A DNA stretch of 64,000 bases, taken from contig CBDFJF010000001.1 in assembly GCA_965248265.1 (NCBI GenBank), positions 1 to 64,000 of the forward strand, given 5' to 3'. The notes under the pieces are model-generated. The model was not told where the DNA came from and made no database searches. It worked only from the letters and a program-made list of their open reading frames with translations. The DNA comes from Candidatus Latescibacterota bacterium. Lineage in GTDB: Bacteria; Latescibacterota; UBA2968; UBA8231. Shown here piece after piece: positions 1 to 9,507 of this stretch. The position numbers and the translations under genes were made by a program. Numbering within the stretch: the first letter of the stretch is position 1; every line of letters begins with the position of its first letter.

Positions 1-1766
1 AACCCAGACTCGTCAAGTGCCTGCTGAAACTTTGGAATAATCTTTCCGCTCTGTGTTGCTGACCCCTCCGCAAGTCGAAGCATTTCGAAGAAGCTTAGAA
101 GAAACTCCGTGTGACTCTGCTCCTTGGAGCCCTCTTGGAGTAGTTCCATTGATCGTCGTAGCGGCTCGAACGTGTTTTCCTGAAGAGCCTTGATTTCCGC
201 TGAAGTGCCTGAGTACTCCTCCAACAAGCCGTGGACTGAGCGGTTGGTTTCGCGTGCTGCTTCAGCGACACTGCGAATTTGATCCGCAAAGCGATCGATG
301 GGATCACGAGCCACACCAAAGACATCGAGAACACCGTGCACAGCGCTCACACCTGCTCCAATCATGTCCCCACGGGCCAGGTTGGAGGCGGCCGAGAAGA
401 ACCCCTGCAGCTGCGGCTGCAATCGCGACATCACCCCGACCAGCCCATCAACGACCTGAAGCTCTTGCTGACGTCGTTTGTTCACCTCGGCCTGGGCAAT
501 GATGATCTCCTGCTCAGTAGTCAGTCGCTGTCTTTCTTGCAGATGGAGTTTGCCCAGCGCCTTGAGCTGCAAATCGTTCGCGCCGTCCATCAGCAGCTGA
601 GCGGACTCGGCTGCCTGTGCTCGCCGCAGCTCAGCTTGAGCACGAGCGTCCAGATCTTGGATCGCCTGGAGTTCCAACTCCCGCTTCTTGCGCCCGATCG
701 TCACCTCGACATCAAGGTTGCGACTGGGCATTCCGCCGCCCAGAGGAGTTCGCTCCTCCTCTTCGCGCCCAGGGTGAACCGTTATGCCTGGCAACATGCC
801 AGTGCGGTAGCGTCGCTGCGTCTCATAGCGCCGAGGTCGCTCGGGGGTCAACCCCATCGGCTCGCTCATCTGAGGTGAGTGCTGCTCTTCGATGCGCCGC
901 TGGCGCTCGTTCAGCTCGATGCCCAGGAAGTTTTTGGCGCTGATGTCCATCAGGTTCATCTGCCGGTTCAGTTCCCAGAACGCACGCACGTTGCCTTCGG
1001 CTGCGCTAAGAAGATCCGTCACCAGTCGGAGTCCACCCGCCGCACTGTCCTGATCACCCAGGGCGATCTTCAAATTCGTCCAGGCCACAGCGACGCGGTC
1101 GATTTCAAGACTGGCACTGTTGGCGGGAACCTCCAGGTTCTTCAGCTTCTCGCCCATCAACCGAACGGCTTCATTCACCAGCGCCGTTTTCTTCTCCAGG
1201 TCACCCAGCCCAGCGAACATCTTGTCCGTCGCAGAAAGGATGATGCCGGCGTCGTCCAAAAACAGCACCGAGCCGCGCTGCAGTCCGGTGAAGATCGTCT
1301 GCACGAGTTGGTTGAAATCCTTGCCAAAAGCCAACGAGTAGGCGCGCAGAAACTGCATGGCAGTACGGGCCTGCTCGAAGGTGAGACCCGCATCGACCGC
1401 CGCGCCCACGCGCTGCATCAACTCCAGATCCGAGATCGTGCCTTGCGTCGCTTTGCTCAGCTTGGCCAGCTCAGTCGTCGCGTCGGTACCCGCTTTGCGA
1501 GCCAGGCGCTCGAACGAGGACGAGGCGATGTTGACCTGATCGTTGAGCTTGACGATGTCCAACTCGAAGGCAGCCAGACGACGTGCGACTTCGATTGAGA
1601 ACGCACCGATGACGACCCGCTTGAGGGAGACGAACGACTTCTCCATGCGAGCAACCGTCTTTTCCGTCGAAGAGATGTCACCACGCATACCACGGAAACT
1701 GCGCTCGAAGTTGTCCGACGCATTGTCCTCGTATTCGGCCTCTAAGACGACTTTACTCGTCCTCAT
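1..1766 (-). CDS. Tape measure protein (5' part; runs off window start)
   Basis: Not in ORF track because open-ended. Manual translation from ATG 1766 (MRTSKVVLEAEYEDNASDNF...SFERLARKAG...LSKATQGTISDLELMQ...) is helical and Ala/Leu-rich; directly follows tail chaperones. Confidence 0.85.
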   Translation of the reverse strand, partial: MRTSKVVLEAEYEDNASDNFERSFRGMRGDISSTEKTVARMEKSFVSLKRVVIGAFSIEVARRLAAFELDIVKLNDQVNIASSSFERLARKAGTDATTELAKLSKATQGTISDLELMQRVGAAVDAGLTFEQARTAMQFLRAYSLAFGKDFNQLVQTIFTGLQRGSVLFLDDAGIILSATDKMFAGLGDLEKKTALVNEAVRLMGEKLKNLEVPANSASLEIDRVAVAWTNLKIALGDQDSAAGGLRLVTDLLSAAEGNVRAFWELNRQMNLMDISAKNFLGIELNERQRRIEEQHSPQMSEPMGLTPERPRRYETQRRYRTGMLPGITVHPGREEEERTPLGGGMPSRNLDVEVTIGRKKRELELQAIQDLDARAQAELRRAQAAESAQLLMDGANDLQLKALGKLHLQERQRLTTEQEIIIAQAEVNKRRQQELQVVDGLVGVMSRLQPQLQGFFSAASNLARGDMIGAGVSAVHGVLDVFGVARDPIDRFADQIRSVAEAARETNRSVHGLLEEYSGTSAEIKALQENTFEPLRRSMELLQEGSKEQSHTEFLLSFFEMLRLAEGSATQSGKIIPKFQQALDESG

Positions 1767-2115
1767 ACTCTCCACCATCGTCGTGGTCGTTGCGCGCCTG
1801 GGCTTCGGCCTGATCTTGGGCTATGCGCTTCATCTCGGATTCCACTGTGTGAATGGCCAACACATCGTCCAGGGTCGTTGCCAGGTCCATCACCGGCACG
1901 CCTGCCACCTTGAGATGGGCCGCTTTCCAGATGCGCCGGAAGTACGGGTCCTGAAAGGCGACGTCCTTGTTTTGGTCGCTGGCGCGGCAATCTCTACAGG
2001 TCTGTTCAATGGCTGCATGCTCTACTTGCTCGATCATGGGACAACTCGAGCACCATAAGGTGTCTTCATCCATCACCAGATGGACGCAGTCCCTCAGGTG
2101 CTCGATCAGTTTCCC
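1753..2115 (-). CDS. Tail assembly chaperone C-terminal (gpT-like) frame, reached by -1 frameshift
   Basis: Open in the -1 frame from the GGGAAAC heptamer (2115-2109) into ORF 1753..2076; lies between chaperone and tape measure. Confidence 0.75.
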   Translation of the reverse strand, partial: GKLIEHLRDCVHLVMDEDTLWCSSCPMIEQVEHAAIEQTCRDCRASDQNKDVAFQDPYFRRIWKAAHLKVAGVPVMDLATTLDDVLAIHTVESEMKRIAQDQAEAQARNDHDDGGEYEDE

Positions 2116-2606
2116 TCAGTCGCTCCCTTGCGTTGTGGCTGCCGGTACCGGGCCGCCCCTTCGAAGATGACATCGGCCATGCGATCGATGTGGCTGGGTG
2201 CTTTGGCCAACAGGAACAGCTTCCATAGTGGTAGCTTACCGATCCACTCACACCACGCTTGGCCGTACAGTTCCGTGTATTCCTTCACCACGTCCTTATG
2301 CCTGACCGGAATCTTCTCCACCTCACTCGTGAGCGGCACCCACTCGCCCTTCTCGTTGAAGAATCCGTATCCACTGTCTTCAGGCTTGGCCGCCGCTTGA
2401 GCCTCTTCCAGCACCGAGCACCCGAACTTGAGCCGGGTCTGGGCCACCTTGTTTACGACTACGCCGCCATCCTGAAACACACTCTCGTTCATGTAGCCAA
2501 TCCGTTCCTGCGGCGTGGGATCGCGCGCGAACAGGCTCTGCGTGGTGCCACTGCGCTCCTCGTAGATGCACACTTCGGTACGTGTTTCCGATAGATCGAA
2601 AGCCAT
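2106..2606 (-). CDS. Tail assembly chaperone (gpG-like)
   Basis: MAFDLSETRTE... with GGGGAG RBS; position after tail tube; ends G GGA AAC TGA. Confidence 0.75.
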   Translation of the reverse strand: MAFDLSETRTEVCIYEERSGTTQSLFARDPTPQERIGYMNESVFQDGGVVVNKVAQTRLKFGCSVLEEAQAAAKPEDSGYGFFNEKGEWVPLTSEVEKIPVRHKDVVKEYTELYGQAWCEWIGKLPLWKLFLLAKAPSHIDRMADVIFEGAARYRQPQRKGATEGN

Positions 2607-2709
2607 CAGTCCATCTCCCCCGTAAAGAGGTGGAGGTCCGCAGGCACGGGGGTTACTGCGGTAAAGGCCAGGGCCACCCTCCAACTCAACATCAATCTCC
2701 CCCGTTTCA

Positions 2710-3942
2710 TTACGCGTGCAGGTAATCGACCTGCTGGTTGGCGACCTGAATCATGATTGGACCGTAGGTCGCATGCTGCTGGACGGCCGCCTCCTGGCTC
2801 AACGTCATCACCCCCACACCGCCACTTTGCGGAAACCCGTTGAAGCGGAACTGCGGGAGGATGAGCTTGACATCATAGGAGCCCGAGGCGCCCACCATCT
2901 GAATCAGCAAGTTGAGGTTGGTCTGATTGAGCACGTAATCGCGCTCGGTGGCATCGTCGAACTCCACATCCAGACTCAAGCTCTCTCGGCGCCGGCCACG
3001 CTCAGCACGTTTTGGTTTGTCGACGCCCGAAGGCTCGTAGACCAACTCGTCCGGGATGTCGAACTCGGACGCGTAGGTGAAGGAACGCACCTTGGCGTTG
3101 ATGTTGGTGCCGCCCGAAAAGGTGCGGCCGTCGAAGGTGCCGGCGATCGTGAAGGCGCAATCACCCATCTTCAGATAGGTCTCCGAGATCTCGGCCGGAC
3201 GCGCCGTGCCTGGCGTGGTGTTGCTACCCGAGGCGAAGATGCGTCCACCTAAGCGCACGAAGCCCTTGCGCTCAGCCGACAGCTCGAACCGAGACAGCAT
3301 GCATCCCGTCCACTGCTTTTTGAGCGCTGCGCCGATGTGATCGAGGACCGTGAAGGACGGAACCAGATAGTCGTTGTCCGGCTGCTCGAGATGCAGACCC
3401 TGGTTGTCGGCCCAGTTGTCGTTGGTAGCCGTACCCGTAAAACCCGTGAAGGACGTTGCCGTCTTGCCGGTATAGGCACCGGCGTTACCAGAAGCCTCGT
3501 TGACGATCGTACCCGCCGATGGGAAGGACGAAGTGTCTTCGACGGTAAGGCTCGTCAGCGGCACGCTGGTGCCGTCCTGGGCGCCGTTGGTGAACGACTT
3601 CGGGTACGGCGTGATCGTGTGCGTCCGGTACCCTGCTGCAGGCTCATTGGCCGGAGACTGATTCAGGTTGCCGAAGTGGTAAGCGGCGTACAGCGCCACT
3701 TCGTGCGGCCGCACCCTGGGGATGTCTTCATCGCCTTCGGCATGCCGCGCCAGAATATCTTGCTCGTCGGCTTCCTCCGCCTCGGTGCCGATCAGCTCCG
3801 TGCCATCGGCCAGCTCCACCATCTCCGTGATCGGATCGGCCGCGTTGCGGAAGGTCGCCGCGATCGTGGCCGCCGAGTCGTAGCTGGATTCCTCCACCTT
3901 CGAGATCGAACGCCAACCTGAGAATCCACGCTTGGTCGCCAT
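2710..3942 (-). CDS. Tail tube-like protein, copy 2 (with inserted domain)
   Basis: Collinear motifs shared with 4173..5240 (MATxRGF, HxITPY, ELSxxRKG, LKxGD, AKxRSF, RAERxRR, VEFxDAT). Confidence 0.7.
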   Translation of the reverse strand: MATKRGFSGWRSISKVEESSYDSAATIAATFRNAADPITEMVELADGTELIGTEAEEADEQDILARHAEGDEDIPRVRPHEVALYAAYHFGNLNQSPANEPAAGYRTHTITPYPKSFTNGAQDGTSVPLTSLTVEDTSSFPSAGTIVNEASGNAGAYTGKTATSFTGFTGTATNDNWADNQGLHLEQPDNDYLVPSFTVLDHIGAALKKQWTGCMLSRFELSAERKGFVRLGGRIFASGSNTTPGTARPAEISETYLKMGDCAFTIAGTFDGRTFSGGTNINAKVRSFTYASEFDIPDELVYEPSGVDKPKRAERGRRRESLSLDVEFDDATERDYVLNQTNLNLLIQMVGASGSYDVKLILPQFRFNGFPQSGGVGVMTLSQEAAVQQHATYGPIMIQVANQQVDYLHA

Positions 3943-3945
3943 GCG

Positions 3946-4176
3946 CTATCCCTTCGCTTTCTTGCTGCGCGTACGCTTCGCCTTCGGCATCGTTAGACGA
4001 TCCCACTCGGTCTGCCACTGATCGGCCGAGTCCTGGGTGTCCGGGCCTTCCCACTCGGTCTCGTCATTGATGCTGATGCGCAGGGTGGCGCTGATGGTGC
4101 GGCCGCGCGCGTTGCGCTCCTCCTCGCGCTCCAGGCGAATGGTGCTATCGCCGTTAACGACTTCCCGCAGAATCAT
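3946..4176 (-). CDS. Small hypothetical phage protein
   Basis: ATGA overlap with upstream stop at 4173-4176; basic C-terminus. Confidence 0.6.
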   Translation of the reverse strand: MILREVVNGDSTIRLEREEERNARGRTISATLRISINDETEWEGPDTQDSADQWQTEWDRLTMPKAKRTRSKKAKG

Positions 4177-5240
4177 TGCAGATAACCCGTCTGGTTCGTA
4201 TCGAATACCGTCCACTCCACCGTGGGATTGGTGCCGTCGTCCATGACCAAGCCCTCACAGGAGACGATCTGCGTACCCAACCCACCCTGCACCCGCGCCT
4301 GCGTCAGCTTCACCATCGGGAACAGCCCCTGGGCACCGTAGTAGACGGTAGCGGCACCGGCCAACGTGGCCGAGACGAAGTCGAACTCCAACCCCAGCAC
4401 GTTCTGGGCGGTGAGATAATCCAGGTAGGTGGCGTCCTCGAACTCGACCTCGAAGCTCAGCGTCTGCCCACGGCGATCGCGCTCGGCCCTGGCTCGGTTG
4501 ACGCCGCTGCCCGGCTCATAGGCATCGTCGCTGATCAGATTATTGTTGTAGCGGTAGTTGAAGCTGCGAATCTTCGCCGAAATTTCGGTCGCCGGGCCTG
4601 GCAGATCTTCGGCGCCCTGGTTGTAGCTGGCCGGCAGCGTGACTCCTCCATCCACCCGGATGAACACCTTCATGTCACCGCACTTGAGCGCGGGACCATA
4701 GGTGGGCGCGGCGCCCAGGCTGCCAACGGTGACGCCCGTGGTCGCCGACTTGCCCGAGCCTACCACCTGCGCATTGGTCGTGAGCCAGCCCTTGCGCTGG
4801 GTCGACAACTCAAGGCTATCGACGGCCAGGTTGTGGTAGAGCTGGTAGAAGGTGGAGGTATGAAGGTCGAGGCCGGTAAAGGTGTTCTGGGAATAGTCGG
4901 TCGTGTAGGGCGTGATGATGTGGCGACCGGCTGACGTATCCTGAGACGAGGTGGTGACCGAGCCCAGGGTGTATGCCAGCATCGAGGCCAGAAACGGCGC
5001 GCGCGTCTTGTTCTGCCCCAGCTGCCCGGACACATCCCGCGACAACTCTTCCTGCGCCTGGGCTTCTTCGGCGCCGCCTACCTCGTCCGTGTCGTCAGTG
5101 AACTCAGGCGTGACCGTCAAGGGATCGGAGTTAACCCGGAACGGAAACAGATCGGCGTCGGCTTCGGCCGTGCCCCAGGTGTCCTGCGACTTGATGTAGC
5201 TGAAGTAAAACTTGCGGTCGAAGCCGCGTAGGGTAGCCAT
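4173..5240 (-). CDS. Major tail tube-like protein, copy 1
   Basis: Beta-rich Thr/Gly-rich protein after tail completion gene; GGAG RBS. Confidence 0.75.
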   Translation of the reverse strand: MATLRGFDRKFYFSYIKSQDTWGTAEADADLFPFRVNSDPLTVTPEFTDDTDEVGGAEEAQAQEELSRDVSGQLGQNKTRAPFLASMLAYTLGSVTTSSQDTSAGRHIITPYTTDYSQNTFTGLDLHTSTFYQLYHNLAVDSLELSTQRKGWLTTNAQVVGSGKSATTGVTVGSLGAAPTYGPALKCGDMKVFIRVDGGVTLPASYNQGAEDLPGPATEISAKIRSFNYRYNNNLISDDAYEPGSGVNRARAERDRRGQTLSFEVEFEDATYLDYLTAQNVLGLEFDFVSATLAGAATVYYGAQGLFPMVKLTQARVQGGLGTQIVSCEGLVMDDGTNPTVEWTVFDTNQTGYLQ

Positions 5241-5251
5241 GTGTTATCTCC

Positions 5252-5773
5252 TCAGTCCGCGCTGATCAGTGTGACCTGCGCCAGGACGATCCCGTGAATA
5301 AGCCAACCCCCGTTTTCCTGTGGCCCGAAATAGTCGAAGTCCGGTGTGTCAAGGACGAACACGTCGCCATCCTCGGCGATGCCGTCGAGCTGGTCCGATT
5401 CGGCGTGCGTCGTGGTGGCGAACGTCTGCAGCCGCAAACGGCGGCGCAGGTAGGCCATGATCTTCTTGAACTCCTGGTCGACGGTGTCGAAGTCGGCCCC
5501 CGCGTGCCACACGTCGAACAGCAGTCGATAGCCGTGCTCCCACTCCTGCATGGCCGAGCGATCATCTTCGCCAGCGCCGATGCAGAGCACCCCGATGGCC
5601 GGTAACTCGTGATCGTAGTACAGGTCAAAAGGGTCCTCTTCGTGCCGGCGAATCTTCTCATGCACGGTGGTCACGTTGGCCGTATCCCCGAGCCAGGCGT
5701 CCGCCTGGACGCAGTTCTTCCCGGCCGTCTCCAGCAGGTTGAACGCGTTCTTGCTGTCGAAGGCTGTGGCCAT
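5252..5773 (-). CDS. Putative tail terminator/completion protein
   Basis: Size and position between morphogenesis gene and tail tube; ELPAIGV motif. Confidence 0.55.
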   Translation of the reverse strand: MATAFDSKNAFNLLETAGKNCVQADAWLGDTANVTTVHEKIRRHEEDPFDLYYDHELPAIGVLCIGAGEDDRSAMQEWEHGYRLLFDVWHAGADFDTVDQEFKKIMAYLRRRLRLQTFATTTHAESDQLDGIAEDGDVFVLDTPDFDYFGPQENGGWLIHGIVLAQVTLISAD

Positions 5774-6288
5774 CAGCTCTCCATGTGCTCCACAGCCATC
5801 TCCTCAAACACCCGCGTGTCGCGCGGCACCTCGAAAAACAGGAACGGGCGACTCTTGGCCTGATAAGCCGCGTAGGCCACGTTGCCCGTGACCATCTCCA
5901 GACTCATGCCGCCGCGTCGGTACCTCGCTGAGGCGCCCGCAGCAGCAGCCAGACGGCCCGTGTCGCGCAACAGGTTGGAAGCTGGTGTGATTCGACGTCC
6001 TGAGGGTCGGCGTCGCCCACGCACGGTCCCTGAGCCTCGTAGCTTGCCCACGCCCCCCCAAGCCGGCACCTCGACCCCGTCGCTGCGTCGATACTGAGGC
6101 TTGTAGAAGTCCCAGGTCACACCACGGAAGGTGCCCCCGTGCGCCAAGCGCCTGAACATCATCGCCGTGCGCCCGATCATGTAGGTGTGGATGCGCCGCA
6201 ACAGGGCGCGCGGCTGTCGTAGCCGTTGCTTGAGCCGCACCTCTTGCTGGTCCATCTGGGTGTGCGTGATCTTGATTTTTAGGGGCAT
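5773..6288 (-). CDS. Virion morphogenesis protein (Mu gpG-like)
   Basis: LLRDTGRL...GNVAYAAYQ...RPFL motif. Confidence 0.75.
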   Translation of the reverse strand: MPLKIKITHTQMDQQEVRLKQRLRQPRALLRRIHTYMIGRTAMMFRRLAHGGTFRGVTWDFYKPQYRRSDGVEVPAWGGVGKLRGSGTVRGRRRPSGRRITPASNLLRDTGRLAAAAGASARYRRGGMSLEMVTGNVAYAAYQAKSRPFLFFEVPRDTRVFEEMAVEHMES

Positions 6289-6779
6289 CAGTTCAATCCG
6301 AAATCGTCTAGCGTGCCAGCGTCCCCCTGCAGCACATTGTCCTTGTAAGCCCCGCGTGAGAACACGGCGTCATAGCCGTCCGTGCTGGACCACGCCACCG
6401 AGGAAGAGGCCAGATCCGCGCCCGCACTGTCGTAGATGTCGATCTTGCCATCGCGGATCGACTCCAAGGCATCATGAGCCATCTTCCAGTAGGTGGCCCC
6501 CTGCCCCGGATTCTTGGCCGACTTGTTGATCTCGCGCAGCTTGAGGAATCCGAAGTAGGCACCCAGCCACCGCGCACACAGCTCAATCCAAGCGGGCGTA
6601 TCCGTGACATCAGCGAACTTCTGATTCGTCGACAGCATCGGGAACCGCGTGCCGACCATGCCATCCACCATCTTCGAGGCGTCCGTCACCCACTTGGTCT
6701 TGTCGGCCGCAGTGATCGAGGTCGGCAAGGTGTCGGGAAGCAGGGCTTCCACGTCAGTGGTGGTGGTGTAGCTAGGCAT
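6288..6779 (-). CDS. Head-tail connector (Mu gp36/DUF1320-like)
   Basis: MPSYTT..DV, ASKMVDGMVG.RF, A...LESIRDGKI pattern; position. Confidence 0.65.
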   Translation of the reverse strand: MPSYTTTTDVEALLPDTLPTSITAADKTKWVTDASKMVDGMVGTRFPMLSTNQKFADVTDTPAWIELCARWLGAYFGFLKLREINKSAKNPGQGATYWKMAHDALESIRDGKIDIYDSAGADLASSSVAWSSTDGYDAVFSRGAYKDNVLQGDAGTLDDFGLN

Positions 6780-6782
6780 GGG

Positions 6783-7067
6783 CTATCGCTTGAGGATTTC
6801 TGGGATGAAGCGCGCCGGGACGATGCTGCTCTTCTTCTTGGGCTGAGGCTGCTTCATCATGTCAGTGATGTAGGTCTTGCCCAGCTCAGCAAATCCCAAC
6901 GCGCGCACCATGTCCGCCTGCAGTCCTTCCGTCAACTGCACGATGATCCCCTGCGACCCATCCGGGTTTACGACCGTGGCGATGACCAGCTGATCGACGA
7001 CGGCTTGTTCGCCGCCGCCATCAGATTGCCCCCGTGCGGGGCGCGCGGCCCCGTTATTCTTCGCCAT
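6783..7067 (-). CDS. Hypothetical phage protein
   Basis: MAKNNG... with GGAT/GGCG upstream; tightly packed in late operon. Confidence 0.5.
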   Translation of the reverse strand: MAKNNGAARPARGQSDGGGEQAVVDQLVIATVVNPDGSQGIIVQLTEGLQADMVRALGFAELGKTYITDMMKQPQPKKKSSIVPARFIPEILKR

Positions 7068-7539
7068 CCGTCGCCTGTGCGATGTTCTCGACCAACTGCT
7101 CTTTGGTGACGCCGAATGGCGCCTCGACACCGACCTGCGCAGCGATCTCACGCAGATCGTTCATGGGCTTGTCCTGCCAGCCCTCCTCGAGCACGATCGC
7201 GTCGCCTATGGAGTCATCACGACCGGCTTCGTCTGCATTGGCGTCGTCTTCTTCATCTTCCTCTTCTTCGACGAACGGAGCCACCCAGGGCACCCACTCA
7301 CCCCGGACGCCACTCTTGTCGTCCGCGTCCGGCTCCCACTGCAGGATCGTGGCGTCTCCGGGTACTTCCTCCAGCTCAACTTCCGTGCAACCCAGTCCGG
7401 TGCCTGGGTTTTTCAGCTCTTCCTCCAGGCGCACATTGAGCCCTTCGACGAACACGGGTTGGCCGGTCGCAAACTCCAACCCCCCCCTGCGGAAGCGGCC
7501 GTCCGGCCACTGTGCCAGTGTCAGTCTGTGTATGACCAT
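7054..7539 (-). CDS. Mu gp35-like protein with C-terminal Rho-N/HeH-like motif
   Basis: GRFRRGG N-terminus; LREIAAQVGV..TKEQLV C-terminus; follows capsid gene. Confidence 0.55.
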   Translation of the reverse strand: MVIHRLTLAQWPDGRFRRGGLEFATGQPVFVEGLNVRLEEELKNPGTGLGCTEVELEEVPGDATILQWEPDADDKSGVRGEWVPWVAPFVEEEEDEEDDANADEAGRDDSIGDAIVLEEGWQDKPMNDLREIAAQVGVEAPFGVTKEQLVENIAQATDGEE

Positions 7540-7566
7540 TCCAAACCTCTTCGTTGATATGGGTGA

Positions 7567-7600
7567 AGGGATGCGACCCCATCACAGGGATCGCATCCCT
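7567..7600 (-). terminator. Stem-loop downstream of capsid gene (terminator or mRNA stabiliser)
   Basis: AGGGATGCGA (7567-76) / TCGCATCCCT (7591-7600) inverted repeat; no clear U-tract. Confidence 0.4.
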
Positions 7601-7636
7601 CATGAACTTTCGAATCCGCTACTGCGCCGTCCTGGT

Positions 7637-8572
7637 TTAGGTCAGCGTCGTCAGCACCGCGAACTGCCACAGGCCGTAGCCGACGTTGTAGCGGCTATCA
7701 ACCCCGAAGACCCACTCGCGACGCATGAAACCCGTCTCCGTGTTGTCGCCCAGCATCCCCGTGTGCATCGGCGACCCGTCATTGAACGCGCGCTGCTGGA
7801 AGATGAACGGCTTGATCGGTGCACCGACGTAGAACAGGTAGAAGCGATCGTTGTTCGTCAGGCGCGGATTCACGACCACACGGGCGACATTCTTGAGGAT
7901 GTTGTCCGTGTTGCTGATCGTGCTCGTCTCCGTCGTTTGCAGTGCCGCCTTGCGATGTTCCTTGGGCACCATGCAGATGAGGTTGGAGCTGTTCAACTGC
8001 CATTCCTCCAGGAACGGCTCGTTGCGATCGTCCTTGAAGCCGATCAGGGCCTCGATGGCCTGGTGCAACGCCGCCTCAAACTCGGCCTGTGTCGGTGCCG
8101 AGGGCGTGGCCACGTTGTAGGTCAGGTCGTTGTCCTGCGTCCCTGAGCTACCCTCGGAGTGGTCGGTGTCGAAGAAGAACTGCGAGTCGTAACAGGTCGT
8201 GGACTCGCCGTCGATGATCAACGTCGACAGCAGCGAGTCGACATGGCGCCGGGTGCGCTGGGCCATGTCGGTGACGCGCAGTCTGACCTGTCCGGTCTGG
8301 TCGTCCTCCAAATCGTCCTTGTCGACGCTGATGGAGGCTTCGTAGTGCTTGTTGACGATGGTGTAGGAATGATCGAGCAGTCCCTTGGGAACCCGCTCAT
8401 CGACCCACTCCCGCATCGTCGGGGCCGTACCGAGCCACGCGTACTTCTCCTGATCCGCCGAGGACGGAACCTCAGTGGAGATGTCAGGATAGATGGGGGT
8501 GGCTGCCTCGTAGGCCCGATAGAAGGTCGCCTTCAGACCTTTTTCGAGGACTACAGGATCAACAACTGCCAT
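7637..8572 (-). CDS. Major capsid protein (Mu gpT-like)
   Basis: EKYAWLG.P.MREW, YTIVNKHYE, FFDTDH, KPFIFQ.R, FGVDSRYNVGYGLWQFA motifs. Confidence 0.92.
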   Translation of the reverse strand: MAVVDPVVLEKGLKATFYRAYEAATPIYPDISTEVPSSADQEKYAWLGTAPTMREWVDERVPKGLLDHSYTIVNKHYEASISVDKDDLEDDQTGQVRLRVTDMAQRTRRHVDSLLSTLIIDGESTTCYDSQFFFDTDHSEGSSGTQDNDLTYNVATPSAPTQAEFEAALHQAIEALIGFKDDRNEPFLEEWQLNSSNLICMVPKEHRKAALQTTETSTISNTDNILKNVARVVVNPRLTNNDRFYLFYVGAPIKPFIFQQRAFNDGSPMHTGMLGDNTETGFMRREWVFGVDSRYNVGYGLWQFAVLTTLT

Positions 8573-8644
8573 GTTTCATCTCCTTGCTAAAGCCGTCCCC
8601 CGTGGCGGCTGCGATTGAAAAACTCTCTTCTACGGATGGCCCCT

Positions 8645-9439
8645 TTAGTTCAGGGCGATCTCGAGCGTGACTCCGATGTCACCGGCCGTGGTCTCAGCCC
8701 CGGTGCAGTTGACGGCGAAGTACCATGCGTCGCCCGGATCACCGTCCAGATCAGCCGCCGTGGCCGTCAGTGTCAGATCGGCCGCCTGCTTGGCCGTGAG
8801 CCCGTCTACATCGTAGTCGGCGGCGGACAGCTGCTGCTTCTCGGCGGTCCCTGACAGGTCGTACTTGTATACGTTCAGCAGCTCGTCGGTGGCGTAATTC
8901 GGCTTCACCATCGCCAAGACTTTGCCTGCCAGCAGTGTTGCTTTTCGGCCGGCCGGAACGGTGAAAATGTGCCCGAATCTCTCGCCGACGAACGTGCTCA
9001 AGCTCCCCGAAGCGATGATCTTGTCGCCCAATGCCGCCTGCACGGCCGGCCCGATGTCGACGAGGACCTCGGTGGACGACACGAACTGGGCGATGATGCC
9101 ACAGTAAACGTTGCCGGGTGTGAGCGTGACGGTTTGGTCATCGCTGACGTACACCCGCTTGCCGATGTCCGTGATCGCCATGCCGGTGCAGGCAAACGAG
9201 AACAGGCCGCTGCGCTGCACGCGTACCTCTTTGTCGCCGTTCGAGCCGCCCGAGTTGTCCATCTTCTCCCAGGCAACTCCCGAGAAGATGAAGGACGCGG
9301 TGTCCTGGGCGGCGACGGCGTACCCTGCCGTGTCGAGGGCGACCATACCGCCGCGGTAGACGATGTCGATACCGCCTTCCAGCTGGAGGATGTCGCCGTC
9401 GCGGCGTTCGGTCTGCCGATTGTCCGTAAGTGCTGCCAT
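8645..9439 (-). CDS. Capsid decoration/cement-like protein with C-terminal extension
   Basis: MAALT.NR.T, IVY.GGMV, GVA.E..DN..G..G, DIG..VY.SDDQTV motif typical of gene preceding Mu-like capsids. Confidence 0.65.
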   Translation of the reverse strand: MAALTDNRQTERRDGDILQLEGGIDIVYRGGMVALDTAGYAVAAQDTASFIFSGVAWEKMDNSGGSNGDKEVRVQRSGLFSFACTGMAITDIGKRVYVSDDQTVTLTPGNVYCGIIAQFVSSTEVLVDIGPAVQAALGDKIIASGSLSTFVGERFGHIFTVPAGRKATLLAGKVLAMVKPNYATDELLNVYKYDLSGTAEKQQLSAADYDVDGLTAKQAADLTLTATAADLDGDPGDAWYFAVNCTGAETTAGDIGVTLEIALN

Positions 9440-9507
9440 TTATCCTTGCCTCTTCAAAGCGTGAGCCCCGTGCCCGCGTTTATCGTTTTAGTGCGCACCG
9501 CTTACTA

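Noticed and set aside
254-2058. Long plus-strand ORFs (279..878, 879..1598, 1543..2058)
   Set aside because: Antisense shadows of the open-ended tape measure gene; the same applies to many overlapping ORFs in this GC-rich window.
2613-2705. 11-bp direct repeat ATCTCCCCCGT (2613 and 2695)
   Set aside because: Short; one copy is simply the chaperone RBS; no further support for a function.
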